From positions 255,721 through 319,720 of the forward strand of contig NZ_CAXBOQ010000003.1 of assembly GCF_963977465.1 (NCBI RefSeq): a stretch of DNA of 64,000 nt. The letters are read 5' to 3'. Positions 27,289 through 39,387 of this stretch are shown here, in pieces. Position 1 is the stretch's first letter, and every line of letters begins with the position of its first letter. The notes beneath the pieces were generated by a model. It was not told the DNA's origin and searched no databases. It saw only the letters and a program-made list of their open reading frames with translations. The position numbers and the translations under genes were made by a program. This stretch comes from an uncultured Brevundimonas sp. Lineage in GTDB: Bacteria; Pseudomonadota; Alphaproteobacteria; Caulobacterales; Caulobacteraceae.

Positions 27289-28200
27289 GTGGCTGGCGAT
27301 CCCTACAAGGAACTTGGCGTATCCAGGGGCGCGAGCGCGGACGAGATCAAGAAGGCTTTCCGCAAGCTCGCCAAGGAACTCCATCCCGACAAGAATCCCG
27401 GCAACACCACCGCCGACGAGCGTTTCAAGCGCATCACCGCTGCCTTTGACCTGCTGGGCGACGCCGAGAAGCGGGCCAAATTCGACCGCGGCGAGATTGA
27501 TGCCGACGGCCGTGAGCAGTTCCGCGGCGGTGGCGGACGCAGTGGCCCCGGCGGATTCGGTGGGGGTTCGCCTGGGGCCGGCGGTGCCGGTGGTGCCGGA
27601 TTCGAGAACATCGACCTCGACGAACTGTTCGGCATGTTCGGCGGGCGACCGGGTGGCCGTCCCGGGGGGCGATCCGGCCCGGTACGGGGGCAGGATATTC
27701 GCGCGACCCTGGAGATCAGTCTCGAGGATTCGATCGCGGGGGCCACGCGCCGCATCCAGTTTTCCGACGGACGCACCCTGGACGTAACCATTCCCAAGGG
27801 GGCGGCAGACGGCCAGGTGATCCGGCTGCGCGGACAGGGCGCGCCAGGGCGGGGCGGGGCGGCCGGTGACGCCCTGATCGAGCTGAAGATCGCACCGCAT
27901 CCCGTCTACAGCCGCGACGGGGGTGACCTGACCATGGACCTGCCGGTCTCGGTGCCTGACGCGGTACTGGGCGGCAAGATTCCGGTTCGGACCCCGGAGG
28001 GCACGGTCAGCATGACCATTCCCAAGGGATCGAACTCGGGACAGGTGCTGCGACTGAAGGGACGGGGAGCCTTTGCCGCCGGCAAACGCGGTGACCTGTT
28101 GGCCCGTCTGGTCGTGACCCTGCCGGAAAAGCCGGACGACCCTTTGGTCAAATTCGCCACCGAATGGCGCAACAAGCGTCCGTACCGGCCGGGGAAATAG
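27289..28200 (+). CDS. DnaJ class II (CbpA-like) co-chaperone
   Basis: J-domain DPYKELGV...HPDKNPG, G/F-rich linker, C-terminal domain, no zinc finger; GTG start 27289. Confidence 0.9.
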   Translation: MAGDPYKELGVSRGASADEIKKAFRKLAKELHPDKNPGNTTADERFKRITAAFDLLGDAEKRAKFDRGEIDADGREQFRGGGGRSGPGGFGGGSPGAGGAGGAGFENIDLDELFGMFGGRPGGRPGGRSGPVRGQDIRATLEISLEDSIAGATRRIQFSDGRTLDVTIPKGAADGQVIRLRGQGAPGRGGAAGDALIELKIAPHPVYSRDGGDLTMDLPVSVPDAVLGGKIPVRTPEGTVSMTIPKGSNSGQVLRLKGRGAFAAGKRGDLLARLVVTLPEKPDDPLVKFATEWRNKRPYRPGK

Positions 28201-28201
28201 G

Positions 28202-29362
28202 ATGCCGATCCGACCGACGGTGAAACCCGCACGACCGTGGTTTTCGGCCGGTCCGACAGCCAAGCGACCGGGCTGGACGTCACAGGGCCTTTCGCACGCG
28301 CTGCTGGGCCGGGGCATCCGCGCGCCCGAGGTGGTGGCGCGCTTTGCCCATGGGCTGAAGTTGACGCGCGCGGTGCTGCGTCCGCCGGAGGACTGGGTGC
28401 TGGTCTATACGCCCGGATCGGACACCGGCGCGGTTGAGGCGGCGATGTGGTCGATACTGGGTCAGCGACCCGTGCAGGTTCTGGCCTTCGAGAATTTCGG
28501 TCAGCAGTGGGCGATTGACGCGCGCGATCACCTGAAGCTGGAGCCGGAGGTGCTGGAGGCCCCGTGGGGGGAACTGCCGGATCTGTCGCGCGTCGATCCC
28601 GCCAAGGATCTGGTGTTCCCATGGAACGGCACGACCTCGGGCGTGCGCATGCCAAACGGGGATTTTATCGCCCCTGACCGCGAGGGGTTGGTGATCTGTG
28701 ACGCCACCTCGGCGGCCTTCGCCATGGCCCTGCCGTGGGATCGGCTGGATGTGGTGACCTTCTCGTTCCAGAAAGCGCTGGGCGGTGAGGCGGGTATCGG
28801 CATTGCGGCCCTGTCGCCGCGGGCGGTGGCGCGGCTGGATGCGTTCGTGCCGCCGCGACCGGTGCCCAAGGTGCTGAGGCTGCGTGACGGCAAGGGCTTT
28901 GACCGGTCGCTGGCGTCCGGATCGATGATCAATACGTTTTCGGTCTGGACCATCGAGGACTGGATCGACGGTCTGGAGTGGGCGACCGCAGTCGGGGGAC
29001 TGGATGCCCTGATCGCCCGCACGGACGCCAATGCCGCCGCGCTCGGAGCCTGGGTCGAACGCACGGACTGGATCGACTATCTGGCCACGGACCCGGCGAG
29101 CCGGTCGACCACCTCGGTTTGTCTGAAGATCGTCGATGCGCGGGTCACGGCGCTGGACGAGGCCGGGCGGCAGGCCTTCGTCAAGCGCATGAAGGCACTG
29201 CTGGAAGCCGAGGGCGCGGCCTTCGATGTGGAATCGCATCGTAATGCGCCGGCAGGGCTGCGGCTGTGGTGCGGCTGCACGGTCGAAACGGCTGATATCG
29301 TGGCGGCCACGCCGTGGCTGGATTGGGCGTTTGCGCGCGCCGTTGCCGAACTGACCGGATGA
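28202..29362 (+). CDS. serC: Phosphoserine aminotransferase family protein (divergent SerC)
   Basis: FSAGPTAKRPGW, SDTGAVEAAMW, WNGTTSG, DATSAAFA, FSFQKALGGE (PLP lysine), GLRLWCG. Confidence 0.75.
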   Translation: MPIRPTVKPARPWFSAGPTAKRPGWTSQGLSHALLGRGIRAPEVVARFAHGLKLTRAVLRPPEDWVLVYTPGSDTGAVEAAMWSILGQRPVQVLAFENFGQQWAIDARDHLKLEPEVLEAPWGELPDLSRVDPAKDLVFPWNGTTSGVRMPNGDFIAPDREGLVICDATSAAFAMALPWDRLDVVTFSFQKALGGEAGIGIAALSPRAVARLDAFVPPRPVPKVLRLRDGKGFDRSLASGSMINTFSVWTIEDWIDGLEWATAVGGLDALIARTDANAAALGAWVERTDWIDYLATDPASRSTTSVCLKIVDARVTALDEAGRQAFVKRMKALLEAEGAAFDVESHRNAPAGLRLWCGCTVETADIVAATPWLDWAFARAVAELTG

Positions 29363-29448
29363 GAATTCGTCCAATGGGACGACATCAGGTGATTCCCCGG
29401 CTATAGGCTGCGCCCGCATTCCCCAAACCCGGACAGCGGAGAACGATC

Positions 29449-30741
<1,293 letters not shown>

Positions 30742-30743
30742 AT

Positions 30744-30851
30744 CGAAATCGGCCGGGTCGGACGCAGTCCAAGCCGGCTCAGATTTCGTTCCAGCTTGAT
30801 GCTGGACCATTTTTTGGTTTCGGGTCGATTCGACCCGAAACCAAAATGATC
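30744..30851. repeat. Double-hairpin intergenic repeat (family B), copy 1
   Basis: CGAAATC...GGACGCAGTCCA...GATTTCG then GACCATTTTTTGGTTTCGGGTCGATTCGACCCGAAACC; collinear copy at 56573-56683. Confidence 0.85.
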
Positions 30852-30918
30852 TGGCGAGCACGTTCAACGCGTCTTAACCGACGTCTGCTATCCGGAGCTT
30901 TGTTCTGGAGAGCGTTCC

Positions 30919-31734
30919 GTGTTCGCAGCCGATACTCGCAAGTTGGCCCGTCTTGAGCCGACCGTCAGGCGTACCCTGATCGTTGAGCCCAATCTGCATG
31001 CCGCGCGCCTGCTGGTTGACATCATCAAGGGCCTGGGTGCGCGCGAGATTCATGTCGAGCAGACCGATGCGAAGGCCATGATCATGGCCCGTGAGCTGGA
31101 GCCGGGCCTGATTTTTACCGAACGGGGCGGTGCTGCGCTCGACGGCGAGGCCTTTGTGCGTCAGTTGCGTCGGTCGCATCTGGGCTGCAGGAACGCACCG
31201 GTCATCATGGTGACCGCCGACGCTACCGCCAATACGATCAAGGGCGCGCGCGACGTCGGCGTGCACGAATTCCTGCGCAAGCCCTTTACCTCTGCGGACC
31301 TGCTTAAACGGGTCGAGAACGTGGCCCTGAAGCCACGGGACTGGATCGAGGGCATCGCCTATGTCGGTCCGGACCGGCGGCGGTTCAACTCCGGCGAATA
31401 CGCCGGTCCCCAGAAGCGAAAGAATGATCGGCCAACCGGTGCGATTGCCGTTGCGGCGGCCGTCAAGGATCAGGCCCTGCGTATCCTCGCAGCGGCGCTG
31501 GATCAGTTCGACACGGATCCGGTCCAGGCCGCCCGCGCCGCGCGGCAACAGGCGGTAACCCTGAAGCAGCTGGCGATGAAAACGTCCGACGCCCGAATGG
31601 CTGTGGCGGTGTCTGCCCTCGACGTGGCCCTGTCTGGGACGACGACATCCAAGGCCAGCCTGGCCGGCCCGATCGGCGGCCTGCTGGCCCTTGCCGATCC
31701 CGCTGACCCGGCCGCCACGCGGAAGACCGGCTGA
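30919..31734 (+). CDS. CheY-like c-di-GMP effector (Cle family)
   Basis: Receiver domain with non-canonical acidic pocket (VEPN; LIFTE) followed by Arg-rich WIEGIAYVGPDRRRFNSGEYAGPQKRK. Confidence 0.75.
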   Translation: MFAADTRKLARLEPTVRRTLIVEPNLHAARLLVDIIKGLGAREIHVEQTDAKAMIMARELEPGLIFTERGGAALDGEAFVRQLRRSHLGCRNAPVIMVTADATANTIKGARDVGVHEFLRKPFTSADLLKRVENVALKPRDWIEGIAYVGPDRRRFNSGEYAGPQKRKNDRPTGAIAVAAAVKDQALRILAAALDQFDTDPVQAARAARQQAVTLKQLAMKTSDARMAVAVSALDVALSGTTTSKASLAGPIGGLLALADPADPAATRKTG

Positions 31735-31746
31735 GGCCCTTCCGCG

Positions 31747-32634
31747 TCAGGCGTCGACGAGGTTGCGCTCTTCCGCTGCCGCCCGCATCGCCTTCTGCAG
31801 CTTCTCGAAGGCGCGGACCTCGATCTGGCGCACGCGCTCGCGACTGACGCCATACTGGCCGGCCAGCTGTTCCAGGGTGACGGGGTCATCCTTGAGCCGG
31901 CGTTCGGTCAGGATGTGCTTCTCGCGGTCGGTCAGCTCTTCCATGGCTTCCTGAAGCAGGCCCATGCGCAAGGATTTTTCCTCGCTCTCGGCCAGGGCGG
32001 TTTCCTGGGAGACGGCGGTGTCGTCCGAGAGCCAGTCCTGCCATTCACTTTCCCCGTCCGAGCGCAGCGGTGCGTTCAGCGAGGCGTCGCCGTTGAGGCG
32101 ACGGTTCATATTGGTGACCTCCTGCTCGGACACGCCCAGCTTGGTGGCGATGGCCGACAGATGTTCCGGGTGCAGGTCACCTTCCTCGAAGGCCGAGATC
32201 TGGCTCTTGGCCTTGCGCAGGTTGAAGAACAGCTTCTTCTGCGCGGCGGTGGTGCCCATCTTCACGAGCGACCAGCTACGCAGGATGTATTCCTGGATCG
32301 AGGCGCGAATCCACCACATGGCGTAGGTGGCCAGGCGGAAGCCCTTGTCCGGATCGAATTTCTTGACCGCCTGCATCAGGCCGACATTGCCCTCGGAGAT
32401 CACTTCACCGATCGGCAGGCCGTAGCCGCGATAGCCCATGGCGATCTTGGCCACGAGGCGCAGGTGGGAGGTGACGAGGCGGTGAGCGCTCTCGGAATCT
32501 TGATGCTCGCTCCAGCGCTTGGCCAGCATGAATTCCTCATCCTTGGTCAGCATGGGGAATTTGCGGATTTCAGTCAGGTATCGCGACAGTCCCTGTTCAG
32601 GCGACATCACCGCGAGAGATTTAACAGCAGCCAT
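31747..32634 (-). CDS. rpoH: RNA polymerase sigma-32
   Basis: HLRLVAKIAMGYRGYGLP, EGNVGLMQAVKKFDP, RpoH box QKKLFFNLR, GVSRERVRQIE; start moved to ATG 32634. Confidence 0.97.
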   Translation of the reverse strand: MAAVKSLAVMSPEQGLSRYLTEIRKFPMLTKDEEFMLAKRWSEHQDSESAHRLVTSHLRLVAKIAMGYRGYGLPIGEVISEGNVGLMQAVKKFDPDKGFRLATYAMWWIRASIQEYILRSWSLVKMGTTAAQKKLFFNLRKAKSQISAFEEGDLHPEHLSAIATKLGVSEQEVTNMNRRLNGDASLNAPLRSDGESEWQDWLSDDTAVSQETALAESEEKSLRMGLLQEAMEELTDREKHILTERRLKDDPVTLEQLAGQYGVSRERVRQIEVRAFEKLQKAMRAAAEERNLVDA

Positions 32635-32810
32635 ATTCGTGGTCCCTCCGACCCAGATGCGAGCGGGTCCTTCGGTTCCGGCCACATTGCGTGCACCGGT
32701 TCCTCACCCCTCAACGAAACAAGTAGCGACGGGTTTCCGCCATTGTTAGAGGCGGATCGTCACAGGCTCTCGCGAGCGTGGCCGTGGCGCCACGGGTTCG
32801 TCTGAAGACA

Positions 32811-32839
32811 GCTATACCCGAGAGTAAGTCCTTTTTCAA
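32811..32839 (-). promoter_or_regulatory. Putative rpoH promoter
   Basis: Minus strand TTGAAA-N17-TATAGC about 180 nt upstream of rpoH. Confidence 0.55.
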
Positions 32840-33159
32840 GACGCACTGTCGGCGAGCCCAAGACTCGTGCGGTATTGGCGATGAAGGACGTCGGCCTCCT
32901 CAGGGTGTTTCTGGAAGAAGGCGGCGAAGAAGGGGCAGACGGGCAGGATCAGCAGCTGCCGGGCCCGGGCGTCGGCGATGACGTGGCGCGCCATACGGCT
33001 GGCGATGCCCTGTCCTTCCAGCGCCTGGGGCACCAGCGTCTCGGTAATCATCAGGTTCGGCGGGGACAGGTTGTAAACGACAACCGCGATCTGATCGTCG
33101 ATCGGCAACTCGTAGCGGTGGGCATCAACGTTGTCGCGAATGTCCGCAGCGTCGGTCAT
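32836..33159 (-). CDS. Small GNAT-fold acetyltransferase (YjdJ-like)
   Basis: IRDN...HRYEL, TETLVPQALEGQGIAS, ILPVCPF. Confidence 0.85.
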   Translation of the reverse strand: MTDAADIRDNVDAHRYELPIDDQIAVVVYNLSPPNLMITETLVPQALEGQGIASRMARHVIADARARQLLILPVCPFFAAFFQKHPEEADVLHRQYRTSLGLADSAS

Positions 33160-33193
33160 CGGTTTCTCCCGGAATATCGGACCGCAACGTCTA

Positions 33194-34198
33194 TCAGATT
33201 TGGGAAAGAAGGTCTGCCAGCCGGGCCATGTCGTCCGGGAGCGGCGTCTCGAAGCGGAGCGCCTCGCCGGTGACCGGGTGGACGAAGCCCAGTACTGCGG
33301 CGTGCAGAGCCTGACGGGTCAGGCCGGCCTCGGCGATCAGGGCCCTCACGACCGCGGCCGGGCTGCCGGAGCCATAGACGGGGTCGCCGAGCAGCGGCGA
33401 GCCCCTGGACGCCAGATGGACCCGGATCTGGTGGGTACGTCCGGTATGCAGGGTGCAGGCGACGCGGGCGGCCAGCGGCGCTGCCCCGGCCCTGGCTGGG
33501 ACGCCGAAGCGGGTCTGGACCCGGTAGTCGGTGATGGCGTCGCGCCCGCCGCTCTTCAGCACCGCCATCTTCTTGCGGTCGGCCGAAGAGCGGCCGATGC
33601 GGGTCTCGATGCGTCCCCACTCCGGCGACGGGGCCCCGCGGGTCAGGGCGATATAGGTGCGTTCGATGTCGTGAGTGGCGAACAGGGTCGACAGGCCGGC
33701 GTGGGCCCGGTCGGTCTTGGCCGCAACCATGACGCCCGAGGTGTCCTTGTCGAGCCGGTGAACGATGCCGGGGCGGGCCACGCCGCCGATGCCGGACAGG
33801 GAGGCCCCGCAATGGGCCAGCAGGGCGTTGACCAGGGTGCCGGTCTCGCAGCCCGGGGCCGGATGGGCGGCCATGCCGGCGGGCTTGTCGATGACGATCA
33901 GCTCAGCGTCCTCGTACAGGACGGTCAGGGGGATGGCCTCGGGTCGGGGCTCGGCGGCGATCACGGCGGGCGGGGTGATGCGGTACAGGCCGGTGCGGGC
34001 CTTGGCCGAGCCGTCGCGCACGACTTCCCCTTCGAACGAGACCTCGCCCTGGGCCATCAGGGCCTGGAGGCGCGCGCGCGACATGCCGGGCAGGGCGGCA
34101 GCCAGGGCCTTGTCCAGCCGTTCGCCGGGCGCGTCGACATGGGCTTCCAGCGCCTCGGGCCGGTCGTCATCTTCGGACAAAATGGGTTCGTCGGACAC
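33194..34198 (-). CDS. rluD: RluA-family pseudouridine synthase (RluD-like, S4 domain)
   Basis: ERLDKALA, IDKPAGM, GIVHRLDKDTSG, TGRTHQIRVH, RQALHA. Confidence 0.92.
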   Translation of the reverse strand: MSDEPILSEDDDRPEALEAHVDAPGERLDKALAAALPGMSRARLQALMAQGEVSFEGEVVRDGSAKARTGLYRITPPAVIAAEPRPEAIPLTVLYEDAELIVIDKPAGMAAHPAPGCETGTLVNALLAHCGASLSGIGGVARPGIVHRLDKDTSGVMVAAKTDRAHAGLSTLFATHDIERTYIALTRGAPSPEWGRIETRIGRSSADRKKMAVLKSGGRDAITDYRVQTRFGVPARAGAAPLAARVACTLHTGRTHQIRVHLASRGSPLLGDPVYGSGSPAAVVRALIAEAGLTRQALHAAVLGFVHPVTGEALRFETPLPDDMARLADLLSQI

Positions 34199-34327
34199 AG
34201 GGCGCTCCGCCGCGGGCGAGCGGTCGCCCCTTGTCTAGCATGGCGGCGCGGGGCCGTGCCAATGACCCAAGCTTGGCCGTGAGGGCGTCTTGGCCTACAC
34301 TGCGGGTCTCTCGGGGGAGACCGAACC

Positions 34328-34966
34328 ATGCGCAATCTGATCATTATCGCTGCTGCGACGGCGTCCGTCCTGATGCTGGGCAGTTGCGCCACCATGAGCG
34401 AGGACCAGTGCCTGGCCGGGGACTGGGGCAATCAGGGCTATGCCGACGGGCGGTCCGGACAGCCGGTCAGCCGTCTGGAATCCCACACGGAGGCCTGTGC
34501 CAAATACGGGGTCGTCCCCGATGCCCCAAGCTATTATTCGGCCCGTGAGGACGGGCTGCGCGAATACTGTACCCCGGCGCGCGGCTTTCAGGTCGGACGC
34601 GAGGGCAGCGGCTATGCCGATGTCTGTCCGCCGCAGCTGGAGGCGGATTTCCTGCCTGCCTATCGCGACGGGCAGATCGTCTATGCGGCGGAGCAGGCCC
34701 TGTCGTCGGCGCGATCCAGCGTTTCGAGCCTGGGGTCGCGGGCCGAAGATCTGGATGACAAGATCCGCGCCAAGCGCGCCGAGATGCGCGCCGATGGCCT
34801 GACCGATGAGCAGCGGGAGCAGATCCGCAACCGTATCGGCGAAATCCGGCGCGAGCGCGAAGGCGTGCTGCGGGACTGGCGACGGGCCCAGGACGAGGTC
34901 GACGACGCTGAACGGCGCGTGCGCGACGTTCACTATCGCTTCGTCGATCACTACGGTCGCTGGTAG
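34328..34966 (+). CDS. DUF2799 lipoprotein
   Basis: Lipobox LGSC; MSEDQCLAGDWGNQGYADG...GLREYCTPARGF. Confidence 0.85.
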   Translation: MRNLIIIAAATASVLMLGSCATMSEDQCLAGDWGNQGYADGRSGQPVSRLESHTEACAKYGVVPDAPSYYSAREDGLREYCTPARGFQVGREGSGYADVCPPQLEADFLPAYRDGQIVYAAEQALSSARSSVSSLGSRAEDLDDKIRAKRAEMRADGLTDEQREQIRNRIGEIRREREGVLRDWRRAQDEVDDAERRVRDVHYRFVDHYGRW

Positions 34967-35003
34967 GGCGAACAGGCGGCGGTCATGACCGCCGCCCGAT
35001 GGC

Positions 35004-36089
35004 TCAGGAGGCCGCGCGCAGCTGCTGGCCGAAATGCGGGTCCAGTTCACCCGAGGCGTAGCGTTTGGCCATCTGGGCGACGGCCAGCGGCTTGATCTTC
35101 GACGCCTGACCTTCGCAGCCGAACTGTACGAACCGTTCCTGGCAGAGCTTACGCATCGCCTCCTTGGCGGGCTTGAGATAGGCGCGCGGGTCGAACTCGC
35201 CCGGCTTCTCGGCCAGCACCTTCCGGATCGCGCCGGTCATGGCCATGCGGTTGTCGGTGTCGATGTTGATCTTGCGCACGCCGTTCTTGATGCCGCGCTG
35301 GATCTCGGCGACCGGCACGCCCCAGGTCTGGGGCATCTTGCCGCCGTATTCGTTGATGATGTCCTGCAGGTCCTGCGGCACCGAGGATGAGCCGTGCATG
35401 ACCAGATGGGTGTCGGGCAGGCGGCGGTGGATTTCCTCGATCACGTTCATGGCCAGGACGGCTCCGTCCGGCTTGCGGCTGAACTTGTAGGCCCCGTGGC
35501 TGGTGCCCATTGCGATGGCCAGCGCGTCGACCTTGGTCTCGCGCACGAAGTCCACGGCCTGGTCCGGATCCGTCAGCAGGGCGGAATGGTCCAGCTTGCC
35601 CTCGAAGCCGTGGCCGTCCTCGGCCTCGCCCATGCCGGTCTCCAGCGAACCCAGTACGCCCAGTTCGCCCTCGACCGAAACGCCGCAGCTGTGCGCCATC
35701 TGAACCACCCGCCGGGTAACGTCGACGTTGTACTCGTAACTGGCCGGGGTCTTGGCGTCCTCTTCCAGCGAGCCGTCCATCATCACCGAGGTGAAGCCGT
35801 ACTGGATGGCGGTCGCGCAGGTCGCCGGGCCGTTGCCGTGGTCCTGGTGCATACAGACCGGGATGTGCGGATATAGTTCGGCCAGGGCGTCGATCAGCTT
35901 GGCCAGAACGATGTCATTGGCATAGCTGCGGGCGCCGCGGCTGGCCTGGATGATGACCGGCGCGTTGACGGCCTCGGCCGCCTCCATGATCGCCAGGCCC
36001 TGCTCCATATTGTTGATGTTGTAGGCGGGCAGGCCGTAGTCGTTTTCAGCGGCGTGATCGAGCAGTTGTCGCAGGGTGATGCGGGCCAT
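35004..36089 (-). CDS. fba: Fructose-bisphosphate aldolase class II
   Basis: [47 protein letters not shown]; start moved to ATG 36089. Confidence 0.97.
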   Translation of the reverse strand: MARITLRQLLDHAAENDYGLPAYNINNMEQGLAIMEAAEAVNAPVIIQASRGARSYANDIVLAKLIDALAELYPHIPVCMHQDHGNGPATCATAIQYGFTSVMMDGSLEEDAKTPASYEYNVDVTRRVVQMAHSCGVSVEGELGVLGSLETGMGEAEDGHGFEGKLDHSALLTDPDQAVDFVRETKVDALAIAMGTSHGAYKFSRKPDGAVLAMNVIEEIHRRLPDTHLVMHGSSSVPQDLQDIINEYGGKMPQTWGVPVAEIQRGIKNGVRKINIDTDNRMAMTGAIRKVLAEKPGEFDPRAYLKPAKEAMRKLCQERFVQFGCEGQASKIKPLAVAQMAKRYASGELDPHFGQQLRAAS

Positions 36090-36192
36090 GGGGGAACTCC
36101 TGAAGCGCATGACATATTGCCGAAGGTCTAGCCTCGACGCGCCGCGAAGTCACGCAATGTAACGGCTTGTCCGACCTTGTCGCGACCGCGGA

Positions 36193-37404
36193 TCAGGCGC
36201 GACGCAACGCCTCGACACCGGGCAGGGGCTTGCCCTCCATCCACTCAAGGAAGGCCCCGCCGGCGGTGGAGACGAAGGTCATGTCGTCGACCACGCCTGC
36301 ATGATTCAGCGCCGCGACGGTATCGCCGCCACCGGCCACGGCGACCAGGGCTCCGGCCTTGGCCAGCTTGGCCGCGGCCTGGGCCGCCTTGACCGTGGCG
36401 GCGTCGAACGGCGGCACCTCGAACACGCCCAGCGGGCCGTTCCAGATCAGGGTGCGCGACAGGGCCATGGCCTTGATCAGCTTCTCGACCGTCAGCGGCC
36501 CGGCATCGAGGATCTTCTCGTCGTCACCGATCGGCTCTCGGGCCAGGACGGTACGGGTTTCGGCCCCCGGCTTCACCTCGGTGGCAATGACCACATCGAT
36601 CGGCAGCAGGATCTCGCAGCCTTTTTCGGCCGCCTCGGCCAGGATGGCGCGGGCGGTGTCGGCCAGGTCCTTCTCGCACAGCGATCCCCCCACATCGACG
36701 CCCTGGGCGTGCAGGAAGGTGTTGGCCATGCCACCGCCGATGGCCAGCCGGTCCAGCTTGCTGACGAGGTTCTGCAACAGGTCCAGCTTGGACGAGACCT
36801 TGGAGCCGCCGACGATGCCCAACACCGGCTTCTGCGGATTGCCGAGGGCGGCATCCAGCGCGTTCAGCTCGCGCCGCATCGATTCCCCGGCATAGGCGGG
36901 CAGCAGGCGCGCCAGCCCCTCGGTCGAGGCGTGGGCGCGGTGCGCCGCCGAGAAGGCGTCGTTGACATAGAGGTCGCCCAGTTCGGCCAGCTGTGCGGCA
37001 AAGGCCGGGTCGTTGGCCTCCTCACCGGCATGGAACCGGACATTTTCCAGCAGGATGACGCCGCCGATATCGAGGTCGGCGATCATGGCTTTCGCCTCAT
37101 CCCCCACGCAGTCAGGTGCGAACCGGACCGGCCCACCCAGGATGATCTCCAGATCATCGACGACCGGCTGCAGGCTCATCGACGGCACGACCTTGCCTTT
37201 CGGCCGGTCGAAATGGGCCAGCAACGCAACCTTGGCCCCGGCGTCTCGCAGCCGCTGAATCGTCGGCACCGCCACGCGCAGCCGGGTATCGTCGGTGACC
37301 TTGCCGTTCTCCATCGGCACGTTGAAGTCCACGCGAACCAGCGCGGTCTTGCCGGCGAGGCCACCGTTGGCCTTTGCGGCGTCGTCGAGGGTGCGGAAGG
37401 TCAT
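36193..37404 (-). CDS. pgk: Phosphoglycerate kinase
   Basis: [56 protein letters not shown]. Confidence 0.98.
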   Translation of the reverse strand: MTFRTLDDAAKANGGLAGKTALVRVDFNVPMENGKVTDDTRLRVAVPTIQRLRDAGAKVALLAHFDRPKGKVVPSMSLQPVVDDLEIILGGPVRFAPDCVGDEAKAMIADLDIGGVILLENVRFHAGEEANDPAFAAQLAELGDLYVNDAFSAAHRAHASTEGLARLLPAYAGESMRRELNALDAALGNPQKPVLGIVGGSKVSSKLDLLQNLVSKLDRLAIGGGMANTFLHAQGVDVGGSLCEKDLADTARAILAEAAEKGCEILLPIDVVIATEVKPGAETRTVLAREPIGDDEKILDAGPLTVEKLIKAMALSRTLIWNGPLGVFEVPPFDAATVKAAQAAAKLAKAGALVAVAGGGDTVAALNHAGVVDDMTFVSTAGGAFLEWMEGKPLPGVEALRRA

Positions 37405-37440
37405 GGGCGGCTCCGGTAGAAGGGGGTCGGCTGTTGTTAT

Positions 37441-37876
37441 CCCTTCTCCCCTCGTGGGAGAAGGTGGCTCGCGCAGCGAGACGGATGAGGGGGATGGCAG
37501 GCCAGCCCAATCGTTTGAGAGCGACGATGACCTTCGCCGAGATGGCGATGTGGGCGTTGCTGCGTCGGCGCGGCTTTGAAGGCTGGAAATTCCGTCGCCA
37601 GACCCGCATCGGCCCGTGGATCGCCGACTTCTGCTGCTACGATCTGAAACTGGTCATCGAGCTGGACGGCGGCGTGCATCGCCTGCGCGAGGCCGAGGAC
37701 AGGGCGCGTGACGCCGATCTGGCCCGGAGAGGTTTTACTGTTCTGAGGTTTGGTAATGAGGCGATCCTGACCAATCCGAACCTGATGCTGGAGGCCATCC
37801 GCCGCCATGCTGCGGACCGACCACCCCCTCATCCGTCAGGCTCCGCCTGACACCTTCTCCCACGAGGGGAGAAGGG
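37441..37876 (+). mobile_element. DUF559 gene bracketed by inverted palindromic arms (putative autonomous element)
   Basis: Arms 37441-37492 and 37825-37876: outer 26 bp and inner 13 bp are perfect inverted repeats around different internal hairpins. Confidence 0.7.
37485..37850 (+). CDS. DUF559 (Vsr-like) endonuclease-domain protein
   Basis: [29 protein letters not shown]...RDADL...GFTVLRFGN; start 37485 or 37494. Confidence 0.9.
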   Translation: MRGMAGQPNRLRATMTFAEMAMWALLRRRGFEGWKFRRQTRIGPWIADFCCYDLKLVIELDGGVHRLREAEDRARDADLARRGFTVLRFGNEAILTNPNLMLEAIRRHAADRPPPHPSGSA

Positions 37877-37881
37877 ACGGT

Positions 37882-37983
37882 TTAGATGACCGTGCCGCCC
37901 TGCAACGGCGCGTTGAAGCCCACGCGGACCAGGGCGGTCTTGCAGGCGAGGTCATTGGCATCGTCGAGGGTGCGGAAGGTTAT
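37882..37983 (-). pseudogene. Decayed duplicate of the pgk 5' end
   Basis: Reads ATA(I)[36 protein letters not shown] versus pgk [37 protein letters not shown]; 20 nt after the start codon are identical. Confidence 0.85.
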
Positions 37984-37987
37984 GGAA

Positions 37988-38274
37988 TCAGATTCCAACA
38001 TCAAAGCCGGCGATTACACCGATCCAAAACAAACTGTAGCCGACGACCCAGATGAATGCGGCTTTTCCAACCTGCATGGCGACCTCGTGGTGCCGCATCC
38101 CTTTTGCATCGCCTGAAACGGAGGCTGACCTCCATCGATGCCCGATGAAGACTATTGCCAACGCACCTGCCGCCAGCAACGTTGCCACCATGGCAGGGCC
38201 GAACGGCGGCCAGGCACCAAAGCCCATGACGTAAGCCCAACCCAGCAACGTCAGGCCAGCCGCAATCCTAATCA

Positions 38275-38275
<1 letters not shown>
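37988..38275 (-). CDS. Small membrane protein, lower GC than flanks
   Basis: 95 aa, about three hydrophobic segments; ATG overlaps the gap stop (TGATG). Confidence 0.6.
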
Positions 38276-39282
<1,007 letters not shown>

Positions 39283-39387
39283 GGGCGGGGCTCCTGAAGC
39301 GGTGTGTGTGATTGGCGCTTCAATGCGACCGACGGGCGCGCGGATCAACCCCGGGCCGCATAACAAGGGGTGGCGGAGTGTAACGCT

